Positions 12,410 through 23,470 of a stretch of DNA of 57,795 nucleotides are shown here, in pieces. Numbering within the stretch: position 1 is the first letter of the stretch; the number at the start of each line of letters is the position of its first letter. The stretch is from positions 1 to 57,795 of the forward strand of contig JAHDYR010000054.1 of the NCBI GenBank assembly GCA_019828565.1, given 5' to 3'. The notes under the pieces were generated by a model, which was not told where the DNA came from, ran no database searches, and saw only the letters and a list, made by a program, of their open reading frames with translations. The stretch comes from Carpediemonas membranifera BICM (Eukaryota; Protista; Fornicata). A program made the position numbers and the translations under genes.

Positions 12410-13597
12410 TCACTCTTGGTCATCCTCCTCATCACTCACCTCCTCGCGGATACTGACATCATCACGAGCCTCGTCATCCGCGAGTGTCAATGGCTCTGTA
12501 ATAGCGCGGGCAGCGTTGGTATACTCACCGTTGAACTGTCGCTGGCCTCTCTGAATGCGAGGAAAGCAATTCACGCACACCGGAACACGACGAGAAGGAC
12601 GCTTCAACATGTCAGTTCCAGTGTCAAAAACGGTGTCCGCGATATGATCCGGACAGAACCAGTTGGAACAAAAGTAGCAGAGCATGCTGGGTCCATCCTT
12701 AATACTTCTACCACAGTCCGCTGCTTGGGTGGTCTCGGTTGGAGGTGTACGATGAAAGCACTCGTCGTTACCATTGATTGCCTTACAGTCATCGCAGATG
12801 GATATCTTCTGCTTATCGGCCCTGTTAGATGCCGGGTATGCCATTCGCTCCTCCAAGTAGCCACTGACACAGCTATAATGGAAGTACCTCTCGCATTGTT
12901 GGCACTGCAGGGAGTTGTCGTCCTCAATCTTCAGCAGCAGATTCATCGGATCGTGACAGACCCCACAACACATGCGCAATGAGTTTCGTAGCTGCTGATA
13001 AGTGAAGTTGTCGAGTGCGTGGCGCCGGTTCATTCCTGTCTGGATAAGTGCCGTTGCCTGCGCCACACATGTGGAAAATTGGGAAGCGACTTGGTCGATG
13101 TGCGCTGCTTCCCGCTGTCTGTGTTCACTGGCCAGATTGTCACGAACAGTTACGACCGACTGAGGGGCGGGTTGAGACTGTTTCCGAGCCCTCTTGTCCT
13201 TCTTCTTCGAATAGGTCTGGAAGGGGATGCTGATGTAGCGCGAAACCGGAGGCTGCCATACCACAGTGCTAGTGGTACCTGATGCTGCCTGCAGGTTGTC
13301 CTGCAGCCTTGATAGGTTGATCTCGCCGAAGTCCTTGAGGAACACACCCTTGACCTTACCCTCGGTGTTGATCTGGTAAGACGAGGGGGCGAGTCCATCC
13401 AGAGCGTGGATAAGGGCATGACGAAGAGAACAAGCCATTGCTTGCTTCTTCTTGTAGAGAGCTCGGATATCATCTGGCAGAATAGCCCAGCACACCTCTG
13501 AAACCGCAACAGGCATGGCTTGAGCACAATCGCGTTGAAAGTAGAATACTTCTTTTGCAATTGCAATCAGGATTTCTCGTTTTTGGGTCTTTTCCAT
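12410..13597 (-). CDS. PHD-finger plus second Zn-finger protein with acidic tail
   Basis: CGVC...CQQCERYFHYSC...CDDC (C4HC3), then CYFCSNWFCPDH...CVNC; homologous to 48689-49546. Confidence 0.75.
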   Translation of the reverse strand: MEKTQKREILIAIAKEVFYFQRDCAQAMPVAVSEVCWAILPDDIRALYKKKQAMACSLRHALIHALDGLAPSSYQINTEGKVKGVFLKDFGEINLSRLQDNLQAASGTTSTVVWQPPVSRYISIPFQTYSKKKDKRARKQSQPAPQSVVTVRDNLASEHRQREAAHIDQVASQFSTCVAQATALIQTGMNRRHALDNFTYQQLRNSLRMCCGVCHDPMNLLLKIEDDNSLQCQQCERYFHYSCVSGYLEERMAYPASNRADKQKISICDDCKAINGNDECFHRTPPTETTQAADCGRSIKDGPSMLCYFCSNWFCPDHIADTVFDTGTDMLKRPSRRVPVCVNCFPRIQRGQRQFNGEYTNAARAITEPLTLADDEARDDVSIREEVSDEEDDQE

Positions 13598-14085
13598 GAT
13601 GCCTGTATGTGCACTTTAAGGTTGAAGATTGCTCACACAATTTGACTTTTCTTTATCGAATGGGATAAAGTTGAAGTAAATAAAGTACTATTCCGTTGCT
13701 AGGACAGCAAGGGGATGTTACAGTAGGAGTTTCAACACTTTTTGAGAGGATACCCCTCAGAGGTGACAGTGCAACACCCGAAATTTTGTCTATACACGTC
13801 ATATACAAGGTCTAATGCATCTTTGCCAACCACTTTTAGCGTTTGTATGTGTCAGATGATCGAGTTCTGAAGAGCGACTTTGGCCAAGTCATGCGACCTT
13901 ATCCTGCACTGACGATACGGAAAACGATCATAAATATTTTTTGTGACATCGACATGCGCTAATAATGTTTCCAGAGGTAGAACTAGGCTAGTAGAAGACT
14001 GTCACCCACTTTGGGGATGATCCGACGACATCGATCAAAATCAATCAAGGATTCCGGGACTTGATTCTGGGACTTTAAGTCCCGG

Positions 14086-14847
14086 TTAGAGTACCGGAAA
14101 ACGCAGCATGTCGGCGCGGAGGTAAGCGTAAACGTCGGGGAAATCAGCACGCTTTGGCCAGGCGGCCAGGTCGGGCTTCTCATCTATGGTGGGCTCCGGG
14201 ACCTTGTCAGAGAAATCTGGGAGTGTCATGTCGGTCCCGTCAGGCACGGGGACAGTCGGGGTTGCGGCGCTGAAGAGGTCGGACCATCTGTTGGCCGCGG
14301 GGTCCTTCATGTACGAGGTGATGAATGTCCTGGCCTTCTCAGTGGCCTCCGGGATTGCGCGTTGTATCTCTGCCGAGATTGACTCCTTTGTCAGGCTGGT
14401 GAGGGCCGGGTCCTTGAAGTTTGAAGAGACCCGCACACACTCTGCGTACTGCGCTCGCTTGCAGGCCGCCTCAAAGGCAGCAGCGAAACGCTTGGCGATT
14501 GCATCTGCGGTGGGATTGTGGGATATAGCTTGCGGAGCCTCGTCCGAACGGGCCTGAGCTCGGGCTTCGGCGTCAGACATAATGGAGGTCTGGAGGCTCT
14601 CAAGAGTGGGAAATTTCGCTGTCGGACGCCAATCACGCTTTAACTTCGCGACCGTGTCCGCTGTGAGCGTTTGGATGAAAGAAGTTGGGTTTCTCTCGTG
14701 GATAATTGCAGTGGTGTAATCCGCGAGCGCCTGGATTGCGCTTTCTGGATCATTAGTCGTGAATTGCTTCATTTCACCGGTAATATCGATATTGTGCCGT
14801 GTTACGAATGAGTTTTATGCAACCAACTCCCGCAGTTTAGGGTCACA
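14086..14847 (-). mobile_element. Truncated Ty3/gypsy-like family C: ~55-bp 5' LTR (14793-14847) and gag-like ORF 14086-14772
   Basis: TGTGACC...GGCACA termini; interrupts an RNase H exactly after FSKSHSAT; same LTR-palindrome-9 nt-ATG layout as the other Ty3s. The LTR is inferred from one copy only. Confidence 0.6.
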
Positions 14848-15069
14848 GGTGGCACTGTGGCTCTTAGAGAACAGTGAGACGAGTTCCCGGTTACCGGACT
14901 CGTCCTCCTGGACTAAAATACCCCCGAGCCCTTCGTTAGACGCGTCCGTCTCAAGGATCCATTTCTTAGAAAGGTCGGGGAAACTCAGGATCAAGTCGGA
15001 TGATAGCCGTTCCTTCATACTGGTTTTCACGTAGGAACGGTTCCACTTTAAAGGGGAACCGTTCCACAT
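14848..15069 (-). pseudogene. Ty3/gypsy RT-connection/RNase H fragment
   Basis: LSFPDLSKKWILETDASNEGLGGILVQ...FSKS. Confidence 0.85.
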
Positions 15070-16093
15070 GACCGGCCAAGATGATTAGATCAAATCAATA
15101 AATATTAACGTTCGAGTAAATCAAAGTATATACATGGAGTCAGTATGTATTGATCAATGCGCTTACTGACCCTTTGCGGTGTTTTTTTGCGTCTGCCGCT
15201 CATGCGGCCATCGACTGTTGAAGAGATTTGAAAGAAATCCACAATATCTCAAGATCGTGACAGTCCGGCATCGATATTATTGCGGCTTGCCCTTTGAATT
15301 AGACATAGCTGGGCTGAGACGCATTAATATCGATGCCGGACTGACAGGATCTTGCGATATAGCACAATTCATGATTGGTCAAAACGAGGTGCAGTTTAAG
15401 AATTTGGATGAAAGCAATATCTCGGAAATGCGGAGAGATTAGCAGATTTCGTTAGTCTAATTCTTGTGGTATTGGTAAATAACACACGTTACAGATATCC
15501 ATTGTGCCAGAGCTCACAATTGTCTGCCGGGTTGACTGCTGCAAAATTGAAGAGATCACTGAAATAAACGTGATGATGTTGTGTAGTACTTGTAGTTATA
15601 CCCTGCTGTGTGCTTTTTGTATCGGTTATCTTCTCCTATCGCTGGTAGTCGTTGCATTTCATTTTTTGCAACTCATTGTGCAGTTTTAGGACTCTTGTCA
15701 AAACAACAAGAAAGCATGGAGAAAGCGGCATCGCGGCTTCTTAACGTAGCTATGGAGATAGATGACCGCCTAGATGAAGTTATACGTCTTCAAGACAATT
15801 TCTATCTCAGTTCTACCTTGAAAGACGATGTTTCGCACGCTCGGATCAGTATAAGTCGTATTAAGGTTGGTGCAAGTATTATTGTCCAATCAAACGAATG
15901 AGCACAAGAGCCGGTCAGGTCGGGGCAAAGTCAACTTGTTTGTGGTTCATCCAAGTTCGTTTACCAAGCATCAGGGATGTCTCAACACACAAACGAAGCA
16001 TAAATAGGATCATTCATGCAATTTACCACAAATACAGACGGTCATGTCCTCCCCATCAGCTTCTCTTAGAGACAAAGTGAGATTCTCTCCTTC

Positions 16094-16203
16094 TGTGGTG
16101 TTGTACAACACTAACGGGAGGGGAGAGTGATTTATAGAGTCGACACAATGGGTGTCGACATGACTAAACGAGACCCAATATATAATGTATACGCGACACT
16201 ACA
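16094..16203 (-). repeat. 3' LTR of Ty3-like family D (110 bp), with 3' UTR remnant to ~16419
   Basis: Minus strand TGTAGTGT...ACACCACA, preceded by GGGGGCAG, like the polypurine tract GGGGCAG before the 31342 LTR. Confidence 0.6.
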
Positions 16204-16440
16204 CTGCCCCCATGATGTCAGTAGGCATCATCAAGCCCGGTAAGGGGACTTTTGTCCTCGAGGTCCTAAAGTGCACGACTTGAGCTGGAGTCGGGTGATG
16301 AACGAACGGAGGTAAGAGGAGGCGAAAAAAATAGAAGTGGCATCAGTGTGCATGCGGTTGTTAGGCGGACTCGGTGTGATGACCATTGGTCTCGAAGGTC
16401 GCTCACCGACGAGAATGAGTAAGGTAGGTAAGGTAAGGTA

Positions 16441-17400
16441 ATCTTGAATTTCCGCGTCTCAATCGACCTGTTGAGCTCCCGTAGGTCATGTATTAGCCGT
16501 ATAGAGACCCCGTCCTTCTTGATGACAGGGAAGATGGGGGATATGAGGGCGTCTTGCCTCTCACACGGCACGATTGCCTGAAGTCTTAGAAGCTCACTGA
16601 TCTCCTCGTCGAGATCGTCGAGCGGGCAGTAGGAGTTGGTATTCTCCGGGGTTTTCATGTTGTTAATCCCCACTCCGTGTACAGCGGCAAGAACTTCAGC
16701 AGAAGGCCCTGTCCGAAGCCAATTCTCTGCCATCCTTGTGATAGAGCCCACAACGGGCTGCTCATTCAACGATAAGGCTGTCTCCAACTAAGTCGTCAAG
16801 TCTCTTTCCATATCACACATGAAATGAAGGATAGTTGATGTCGGGCTGTGTAACCTAAAGGTGCACTCACGCTTTACTTGTAAGGTTGGCGCAAGTGCCG
16901 GGTTCTTTGCCCAGCATTTCTCCTCCGTGTGCAGGTGTAAAGATTTTGTCCTGGATAAGCTGGAATAGGTCCTGCATCCGAGAACCTGCCGGCATAGAAG
17001 TCATGTCGGCACGCAGCTCGAAGTGGAAGGACTTCCAGGCTTCGAACTCTTTCACAACTGAGTCCAGGCGAGAAGGCTTGCGCTCTTCAGACGCTTGTTC
17101 TTCCTCGATCTTCACGACCTTGGCAGCGAGGAGTCTATTCGTCTCCCGAAGCTGTAAGAACTCCTCCTTAAGCGCATTCAGCTGCTCTTCGGCCGCCATC
17201 GGCTTCTCTTCGCGTTCTGATCAAATGATCACTTGGGAGCATTTGACCTGCGAGGACCAAATGGGGCCACCGCGCAGCAGGATCCGTGAGACGAGCCAAG
17301 GCCTCGCCCTGACTCCTCCGACGAATCCCACGGGGTTGGGATGCGCGTGCCAGCCGCCGGATCACGCCTGTCCGAGTCGACCTGCCAGTAGTGGCATGCC
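16441..17400 (-). mobile_element. Truncated tyrosine-recombinase retroelement family D (gag-like 16867-17199, RT N-terminus 16441-16787)
   Basis: W...GPSAEVL...ISPIFPVIKKDGVSIRLIHDLRELN matches DIRS-type RT of the other families; cut by a TAAGG tract. Confidence 0.75.
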
Positions 17401-17482
17401 GTGCGTTTGGCCGAGCGGTCTAAGGCGCTAGCTTCAGGCGCTAGTCTCTTCGGGGGCGTGGGTTCGAATCCCACAGCGCACA
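17401..17482 (+). tRNA. tRNA-Leu(CAG)
   Basis: Acceptor stem GTGCGTT/AGCGCAC, D-loop TGGCCGAGCGGTCTAAGGC, anticodon arm CTAGC-TTCAGGC-GCTAG, long variable arm, GGTTCGAATCC; no CCA. Confidence 0.97.
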
Positions 17483-17973
17483 TATGTTTATTGACGAATC
17501 AGTCAGCGCTGCCCGACTCGCGGGCCACCTGACCCTCTACACTCTGTAGATCCAACGGGGGAAAGAATATTTACGCAAGAAACCCCTGTTTCGCCGCGTC
17601 AATATTCGAAGACTTACGCGCCTTCGGCTCCTAAGTAAGTCTTGGGTTTCCCTCGCGTACCGACGAGGGACGCTCTCCCGAGCGCGTTCTTACAGCCACC
17701 GGCTGCGAATCGTTCGTCATCTGGCCGCATAAACTGCGCCGACCAATCTTGACCAATGACGCGGGCATCCGGCGATTGCCGGCCTCGCCCACGTCCCGTC
17801 GCCCTTGCGACAATGAGCTGGGGTACTACCCGCCCGACTCGCGGGCCACCTGACCCTCTACACTCTGTAGATCCAACGGGGTTGTCCCGCCGGCCGAGGA
17901 GATATCATTAACTCCTAGCTGTCACCTCCCGTGAGGTCGCAACAGCCTGCACCATAAACATCCCATCGAATGT

Positions 17974-19477
17974 TTACAGTGGCTTGCCCAAAAGAGACCT
18001 GGCGATGTCTCTCTGGACCGCGGGGTGCTGGCGGATGCCATTGCCGGTGTACGCCAGCAGGCTCTTCGCGGAGCGCCAGTTCCCCAGTGCCATCAGCACG
18101 TGCTCAGGAGTGCCGGCGACGGCGAGCTCGGTCGCCGCGCCCTTTCTGAAGCTGTGCCAAGTGACGGAGTCGCCAAACACTGCTGCGATCCAGCGCCTCA
18201 TTGCGCCTTCTGACAGCCCCTCTGTCTTGATGATCGTGTCTCCGTTGACCTTCCTCCATAGTGAATCCGTGTCGCGCTTCGTGGCCAAGTTGACCCAAAG
18301 CTGGAGCGCCTTCGCGATGTTGAATGAGTCAAAGGTGGCGTTGACCACGAGCTTCTTCACCGCTGTGGTAGTCTTGGTGCGTGCCATGAACAGCGTCGCG
18401 TCGCCCTCTGGGCTGAACGTCACGTCTCCCCTCGTCAGAGTGAAGATTTCCTTGCCGCGGCTGACAGTTTGGAAGCAGAGTGCGGCGAACAAGACCGCCT
18501 GGAACGTCTTCGGATCTTGTTTCCAACGTCGGAAACCCGACCGGATTATGTCGCTCGTCACCGGTCGAGCCCCCGCCAGTCAGTCTGGTGGTGGATGCTA
18601 CGTTGCGGACTGATCGAATGATCTCGCTGCTGTCCTGCGGGGGGTCCAGTCGCAGATCAGTGGGGCCGCTTTGCAAATCCAGTGTCCCTTCTTGCCGATC
18701 GTGTCGGGCCCCGAGGTCTTGGCTTCGCTCATGAGGTGCTGCCTGAGCTGCGCCGCGTGTGATAGCGTGGTGTCTCTCGACGCGTTGAACTTGACGAGGT
18801 AGCCCGCGACTGCCCTGCGTGACGCCTCTAGGCTCAGATGTGAGAGCCTGTCGTGGTGGAGGAGGAACTCGAAGTCCTGATGATCATCGCGATGAGCCTT
18901 ATCCTGCCCCTCTCGGCCAGCCGCGACAGCTCGGAGTCCGACAGAAGATCTTGGTTCACTCTGAAGTACATCTTGGGAACTGATGAGAGGGCTAGCAAGC
19001 GGCGGAGTTCTGGTGACGGGATGTCCGGAGTCACTATTATCGCAGCTGACCTCCACGTCTGAGGGGATCCAGTCTGGGTCGGCGACCGAATCGTCCGAAT
19101 ATGCAGATATGTCGCTGGAATCATCGCTACTGGAGGAGCTGCGAAGACTCTCATCCCCGTCCAGTCCCGAGACAGGCCGTGTTCTGCGAGAGTCCATCCG
19201 TGCTGAGCGAATCCTGGGAGGGCCAGGCGGCGAGTGGGAGCGGCGGTCGCGTCGACCTGCACTGGTCCCCAGTTGCGCTGGATTCGCTCGAGGACTGAAC
19301 GCGGGGTCGACCACTCGAGCTTCATGAACCGGCTCAGCCTGTCCGGCTCCACGTTGAGGTGTCCTGCGATGTGAAGACATCGAGCCACGAGGTTTCTGCT
19401 GTCGAGGTGTTGTTGCAGCTCGTGGAGTAGGCTCATGACTGTCTGGTCTGCTCTTGTCGATCCGCCCTTGTTGACCC
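17974..19477 (-). CDS. Tyrosine recombinase of family A (frameshifted; 5' part overlaps RH/MT; start approximate)
   Basis: SRGKEI, RTKT, WHSFRKG, LGNW, LAY catalytic R-K-H-R-W-Y residues. Confidence 0.88.
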
Positions 19478-20737
19478 ACGAGACTACGGCCGAGTTGTCG
19501 CAGAAAAACTGTCAGGGTGCGCACCTGCGGCTGTGGAGAGATGAGTTCGATGCCCCGAACGACTGCGAAAAGCTCCTTTGTGCAGATGTGGGCGTTCACT
19601 ATGTGCGGGGGGAAGTGCCCATGCGCCGATCTGTTGTTCTCTCCGAGGTATACTCTGGCCCCCCAGCCGAAGCTGGATGCGTCGGACGCCACTGTCATCT
19701 CCAGGGAGCCTGTCATGTCCCAGAGGGCCCTGAGCTCGATAAATGACTTGGCTGGGCGCTGCTGCAGCAGTGAGACCCACTGGGCGAGCTCTTGCTTGAG
19801 GGCTGCATCCAAAGGTACTCTGCCTCTCGGCTGTCTTGCTTGCAACGGCCGCAGCTTGAGCTGTGCTGCATGCGCTGCGGAAGCGAAGAAGGAGAGACGC
19901 CCTAGGATCTTGGAGTAGTCGACGGCGCTGATGGAGTCGCTCTCCAACGCGGATATCAACGTCTGCTGATACTTGCGCGCCTTGTCGCTGGAAAGGCGCA
20001 CTGAAGTGTTCTCCGTATTGATGAGGAGGCCGAGGTACTCCAAGCAGCGTGTAGGCTGAAGAATACACTTGTCCAGCCCCGGAATGAGGCCGAGGGAGCG
20101 CATGAGCTCGAGGGCCTCGTGTGTTGCCCATGCCAGGTGCTCCTTGCGCGCAGACGATAGGAGGAAGTCGTCTAGATACACGCAAACGTGGATCTGGAGG
20201 CGCCTGGCGATGATCTTTGCGGCCTGGATGGTTATTGTCTGAAAGTAGAACGGAGCCGCGGTCCAACCGAAGGGGAGTCCAGTGTAGCAGAATGTCTCGC
20301 CCTCCGGAGTGACCACGCCCAGAAGTGTCCTGTCCTGCTCCCCTGACTGGGACTTGAGAGTACCCCGAGCGGAGGTCGATCTTCGTCATCCAGTCCCCGG
20401 CCGTGAGCGTCGCCAAAGCACGTTTGATGCCGAAGAGGCGGAAGACTCGGGTCTCCTCCGTCACGGTGTTGAGTTCTCGGAGGTCGTGTATTACTCGGAT
20501 GTCGTCCGAGCCTTTCGAAACAGGGAAGATCGGGGCCGAATGGCGGAGGGACTGCAGGGTCGTTCTGCGGAGAATGCCCTCGTTCAACAGCTGTTGGAGC
20601 TTGGCCCGAACACGTGGGTCCAGTCGCGTCTGTGGTGCGGCCGCCGACGGAGGCGCGGTCAGTGATATTGGAACGCCGTCTCTGAGAAGGCTGACGACGT
20701 GCTCTGAGGCGCCGAAGCGCTCCCAGAGTCGCCACAC
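18834..20737 (-). CDS. RT-RNase H-methyltransferase-like polyprotein, family A (frameshifts near 20340 and 19505)
   Basis: KIDLRSGY, LPFG, YLDD, SDAS, HIAGHLNVEPDRLSR, VDATA...FAAPP. Confidence 0.92.
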
Positions 20738-20772
20738 GTCGCCAGTTATCGATGGGAAGAGGTGGTTCTCGG

Positions 20773-21354
20773 TTAGTTTGACTGCCGGTTGCGACCGCGA
20801 GAGCTGCCGCCTCGGCCCCCGCCTCCCGGAGGCTGAAACTTGTCGCCCTTTCGCTTGGCTCCGTGAATCTTAGACTTGAGCTCGAAGGACTCGATCTGGG
20901 ACTCGTCGAGGGTTCCTTTGTCCGCGATGGCCTTCCATACCTGGTTCTGAAAGTAGGTGACTGTGACGTCGTTGTAATCTTCATCCTTCATCATCAGAGC
21001 TCTACGCCGGGCGGAGAGGAGGGGGGAAAGACGCTTGAGGAGTTTCGTGTCTGTAGAAGAGGTGAGGATCGTTTGAACCTTCCGAAGGAACTTCGCCTCC
21101 TCCAGAAGAGGGCGCTTCTTCGGCAGCTCGGTCATGGCCTCAATGTATGAAAGGGAAGCCATGATGGGGTCTTGTTCATCTTCTTCAAACGCCAGTTCCT
21201 CGTGGAAATCCGCTTCAGATTCGGCGCTTGCGGCGGCCATCCTCTCGAGGATCTTGGTGGATCTCTCCTGAGCTTTCTGCATCTCCTGCACCGTGGTACG
21301 CAGTTCTGCCACTTCCTCGGCCGTCGCAGCCACCGGCTGCGAATCGTTCGTCAT
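20773..21354 (-). CDS. Gag-like ORF1 of family A
   Basis: First ORF; coiled coil, ELPKKRPLLEEAKFL shared with families B and E, basic Gly-rich tail. Confidence 0.8.
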   Translation of the reverse strand: MTNDSQPVAATAEEVAELRTTVQEMQKAQERSTKILERMAAASAESEADFHEELAFEEDEQDPIMASLSYIEAMTELPKKRPLLEEAKFLRKVQTILTSSTDTKLLKRLSPLLSARRRALMMKDEDYNDVTVTYFQNQVWKAIADKGTLDESQIESFELKSKIHGAKRKGDKFQPPGGGGRGGSSRGRNRQSN

Positions 21355-21465
21355 CTGGCCGCATAAACTGCGCCGACCAATCTTGACCAATGACGCGGGC
21401 ATCCGGCGATTGCCGGCCTCGCCCACGTCCCGTCGCCCTTGCGACAATGAGCTGGGGTACTACCC

Positions 21466-21726
21466 GCTTGATAACCAAGCCTGAATATTTACAAAAACCC
21501 CCTGGTTTGCTATGTAAATATTCGGGACTTACCGCTACCTGGCATTCTCTGGGTAAGTCGAACTGGCTCGCCTTACCTGACGAGCAGGTACACTGGCCTT
21601 GACCAGCGTCGGTCCTGGCGCCGTCGCTGCTAGCGACAACTCTTCTGGCATTGTCCTTATCCTGCACATTGCGCCAAAACCCATCACCCGAGGTGATAAA
21701 TCTCAGACACCTGATGTGGTGCCAGC
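21466..21726 (-). mobile_element. Non-coding terminal remnant (spacer plus A-like repeat) of YR family C
   Basis: Hairpins homologous to the family A spacer; ends GATGT..GCCAGC like family B; joined at GC dinucleotides. Confidence 0.6.
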
Positions 21727-22422
21727 CAACTCCGTGGTGGCGCCCTTGCGGAATGAGTGCCACGAAAAGTCGGTGCCGTACGCCTGGTGGATCCAGTGGC
21801 GGAGGGTTGACGCCGGTAGCGGCTTCGATAGTGAAATACCCCCGGTTGAGGTGATCGCCCGCCAGATGACGTCGTCGTCGCGGCGCGTTGCCGTGGGGAC
21901 CCATGCCTTCAGGGCCCTTGCTGGTAAGGTAGGGTAAGGTAAGGTACCTTACCTTACCGCAAATCCAGTAGCCTTTCCTGTGTATCGACTGTGGGCCCGA
22001 CGTGGTACCCTCGGTCAGAAGGAACTCTTTGAGCTGTTGCGCGTGTGAGTGGCTCGCGTTGCGGGATTGGAGGAATTTGGCGACCCAGCCCGCTGCTGTG
22101 CGGCGCGACGATTCGTTTCTGAAATGTGATAGTCGGTCGTCAGCGAGGAGGGCTTGGAACGGGTCCTCAGGATAAGCGCCACGAAGCGGATCTTGCCCTT
22201 GTCTGTCGCTGTCCAGGCTAGCTCGGACTGCAGGAGGTGTTTCGCCTGGACTCTGAGGTACAACTTGAGGGGTGTCAAACGTTTGATGGCTCGGACCTCG
22301 GGCGAGTTGAGGTCCGGGCACAGGAATATCGCCGCTGATCTCCAGTGTCGAGGGTTCCCAGTCTGGGTCGAGGCGCGTATTGTCTGGAGGCGACGACACG
22401 TCACTCCAAGAAGGGCTATAGG
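21727..22422 (-). pseudogene. Internal fragment of YR family B (YR/MT region) with a 353-bp deletion
   Basis: Matches ~32697-32894 and 33248-33712. Confidence 0.9.
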
Positions 22423-23470
22423 TGTGGGTTCGTGTAAACAAAGCTTTTACAAAGAATAGAGCTCGACACCCTGTGGTCTCCAAAAGTCCATAGGGTATTT
22501 AAGCCCATATTTTATCTCTAAACCTTCCCCTTTCTTCTTCATCAACCACAGTACTAGTACTTTCAAACGTATGAAGAACCCCAAGAATGACACCCCGATG
22601 CTCAAGATAGCTACTTTCGACGCTTTCAGCGCGTTCTACACCGAACTGTTGGATTACCGCGCCCTCGGCGGGAAAACCAAACTGGTGAAGCTCTTATCCG
22701 CCGAGGTGCGCTCGTTTGTGTGCCAAATGCTGGCCATTCCCAAGATAGACGAACCGACGCTCGCTGAGGACGATCCTGTCCTTCAGGACTTATCTGAAAA
22801 GAAACACAAGTCCAAGCTGAGAAAGTATGGCGAGAACGCAGCCATCAGTCGGCTTGCCTCCGTCCTGCGCCCTAAGCGACAGGAGCAATGCCTCAATCTG
22901 CTTCGAATGAAGCTATCATCTTTCACCCCGATCGAGGTCTCAAGGCTCAATACCAAGTTCAATAATACGCTCGCCTGCTTGGCTCTCGAAGAAGACGACT
23001 CTGTCATCGAAACATACCTCCGAGCCTTCGCGTTCCGCGGGCAGGCTCTGTATTTCCGCATCAAGGAGCGTACCACCGGGAAGTCGCTGGCAGAGGTGCA
23101 GCATTATGCCATGACCACAGCACAGGACCTCGCCGAGAGCGCCGCCTATATGGCTCCTCTCGCTGACTTCATCGGCAAGCCAGGCCATGACGATAAGCGA
23201 GCTCATGACGGCGACAAGCGAGCCCATATCGACGGTAAGCGCCCCAACAAGCGCCACGGTTAGCGGCCTGACAGGCGCGACACGCCTTACCGGCGTGACG
23301 ACAAACGTACACGCGACCACGACCGCAACCGGGGCGATAAGTCCGGTATCTCGTGCTTTAACTGCGGGCGTAAGGGCCACTACTCGAGTGACTGTTCAAA
23401 GCCAAAGGCGCGCTGCGACAAGTGCAAGAGGGAAGGCCACCTGGCACAGTTCTGCGACAAGATAAAGTCA
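22423..23470 (+). mobile_element. 3'-truncated Ty3/gypsy family B: 128-bp LTR (22423-22550), gag 22571-~23470 with two CCHC knuckles after a frameshift
   Basis: TGTGG...CCACA; gag homologous to the 25544 gag (DYRALGGK); CFNCGRKGHYSSDC, CDKCKREGHLAQFC. Confidence 0.85.

Larger units (their letters stand above)
17511..21467 (-). mobile_element. Full-length DIRS-order (PAT/Ngaro-like) YR retrotransposon family A, copy 1, with split direct repeats
   Basis: A1 21327-21467 = A2 17693-17833 (141 bp); B1 17832-17881 = B2 17511-17560 (50 bp); order A1-ORFs-B1-A2-spacer-B2; gag, RT/RH/MT and YR ORFs. Confidence 0.93.

Noticed and set aside
15034-15065. GGAACGGTTCC...GGAACCGTTCC hairpin
   Set aside because: At the broken end of a pol fragment; single occurrence, likely a repair by-product or chance.
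15100-16080. Short ORFs in an AT-rich stretch
   Set aside because: No recognisable motifs; cannot support a call.
17229-17483. ORFs starting MCAVGFEPT (also 31441-31983)
   Set aside because: Antisense translation of the tRNA gene.
17511-17881. CRISPR array or retron interpretation of the repeats plus RT
   Set aside because: The repeats fit split-direct-repeat termini, the RTs are DIRS, Ty3 or LINE type, there are no cas genes, and the context is eukaryotic.
18637-18646. Shared G6 frameshift in the YR gene of both family A copies as programmed recoding
   Set aside because: The family B homolog is uninterrupted, homopolymer errors are common here, and the two copies are duplicates.
21577-21620. 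CTGACGAG as a hammerhead ribozyme core
   Set aside because: No GAAA partner or proper three-stem arrangement found.
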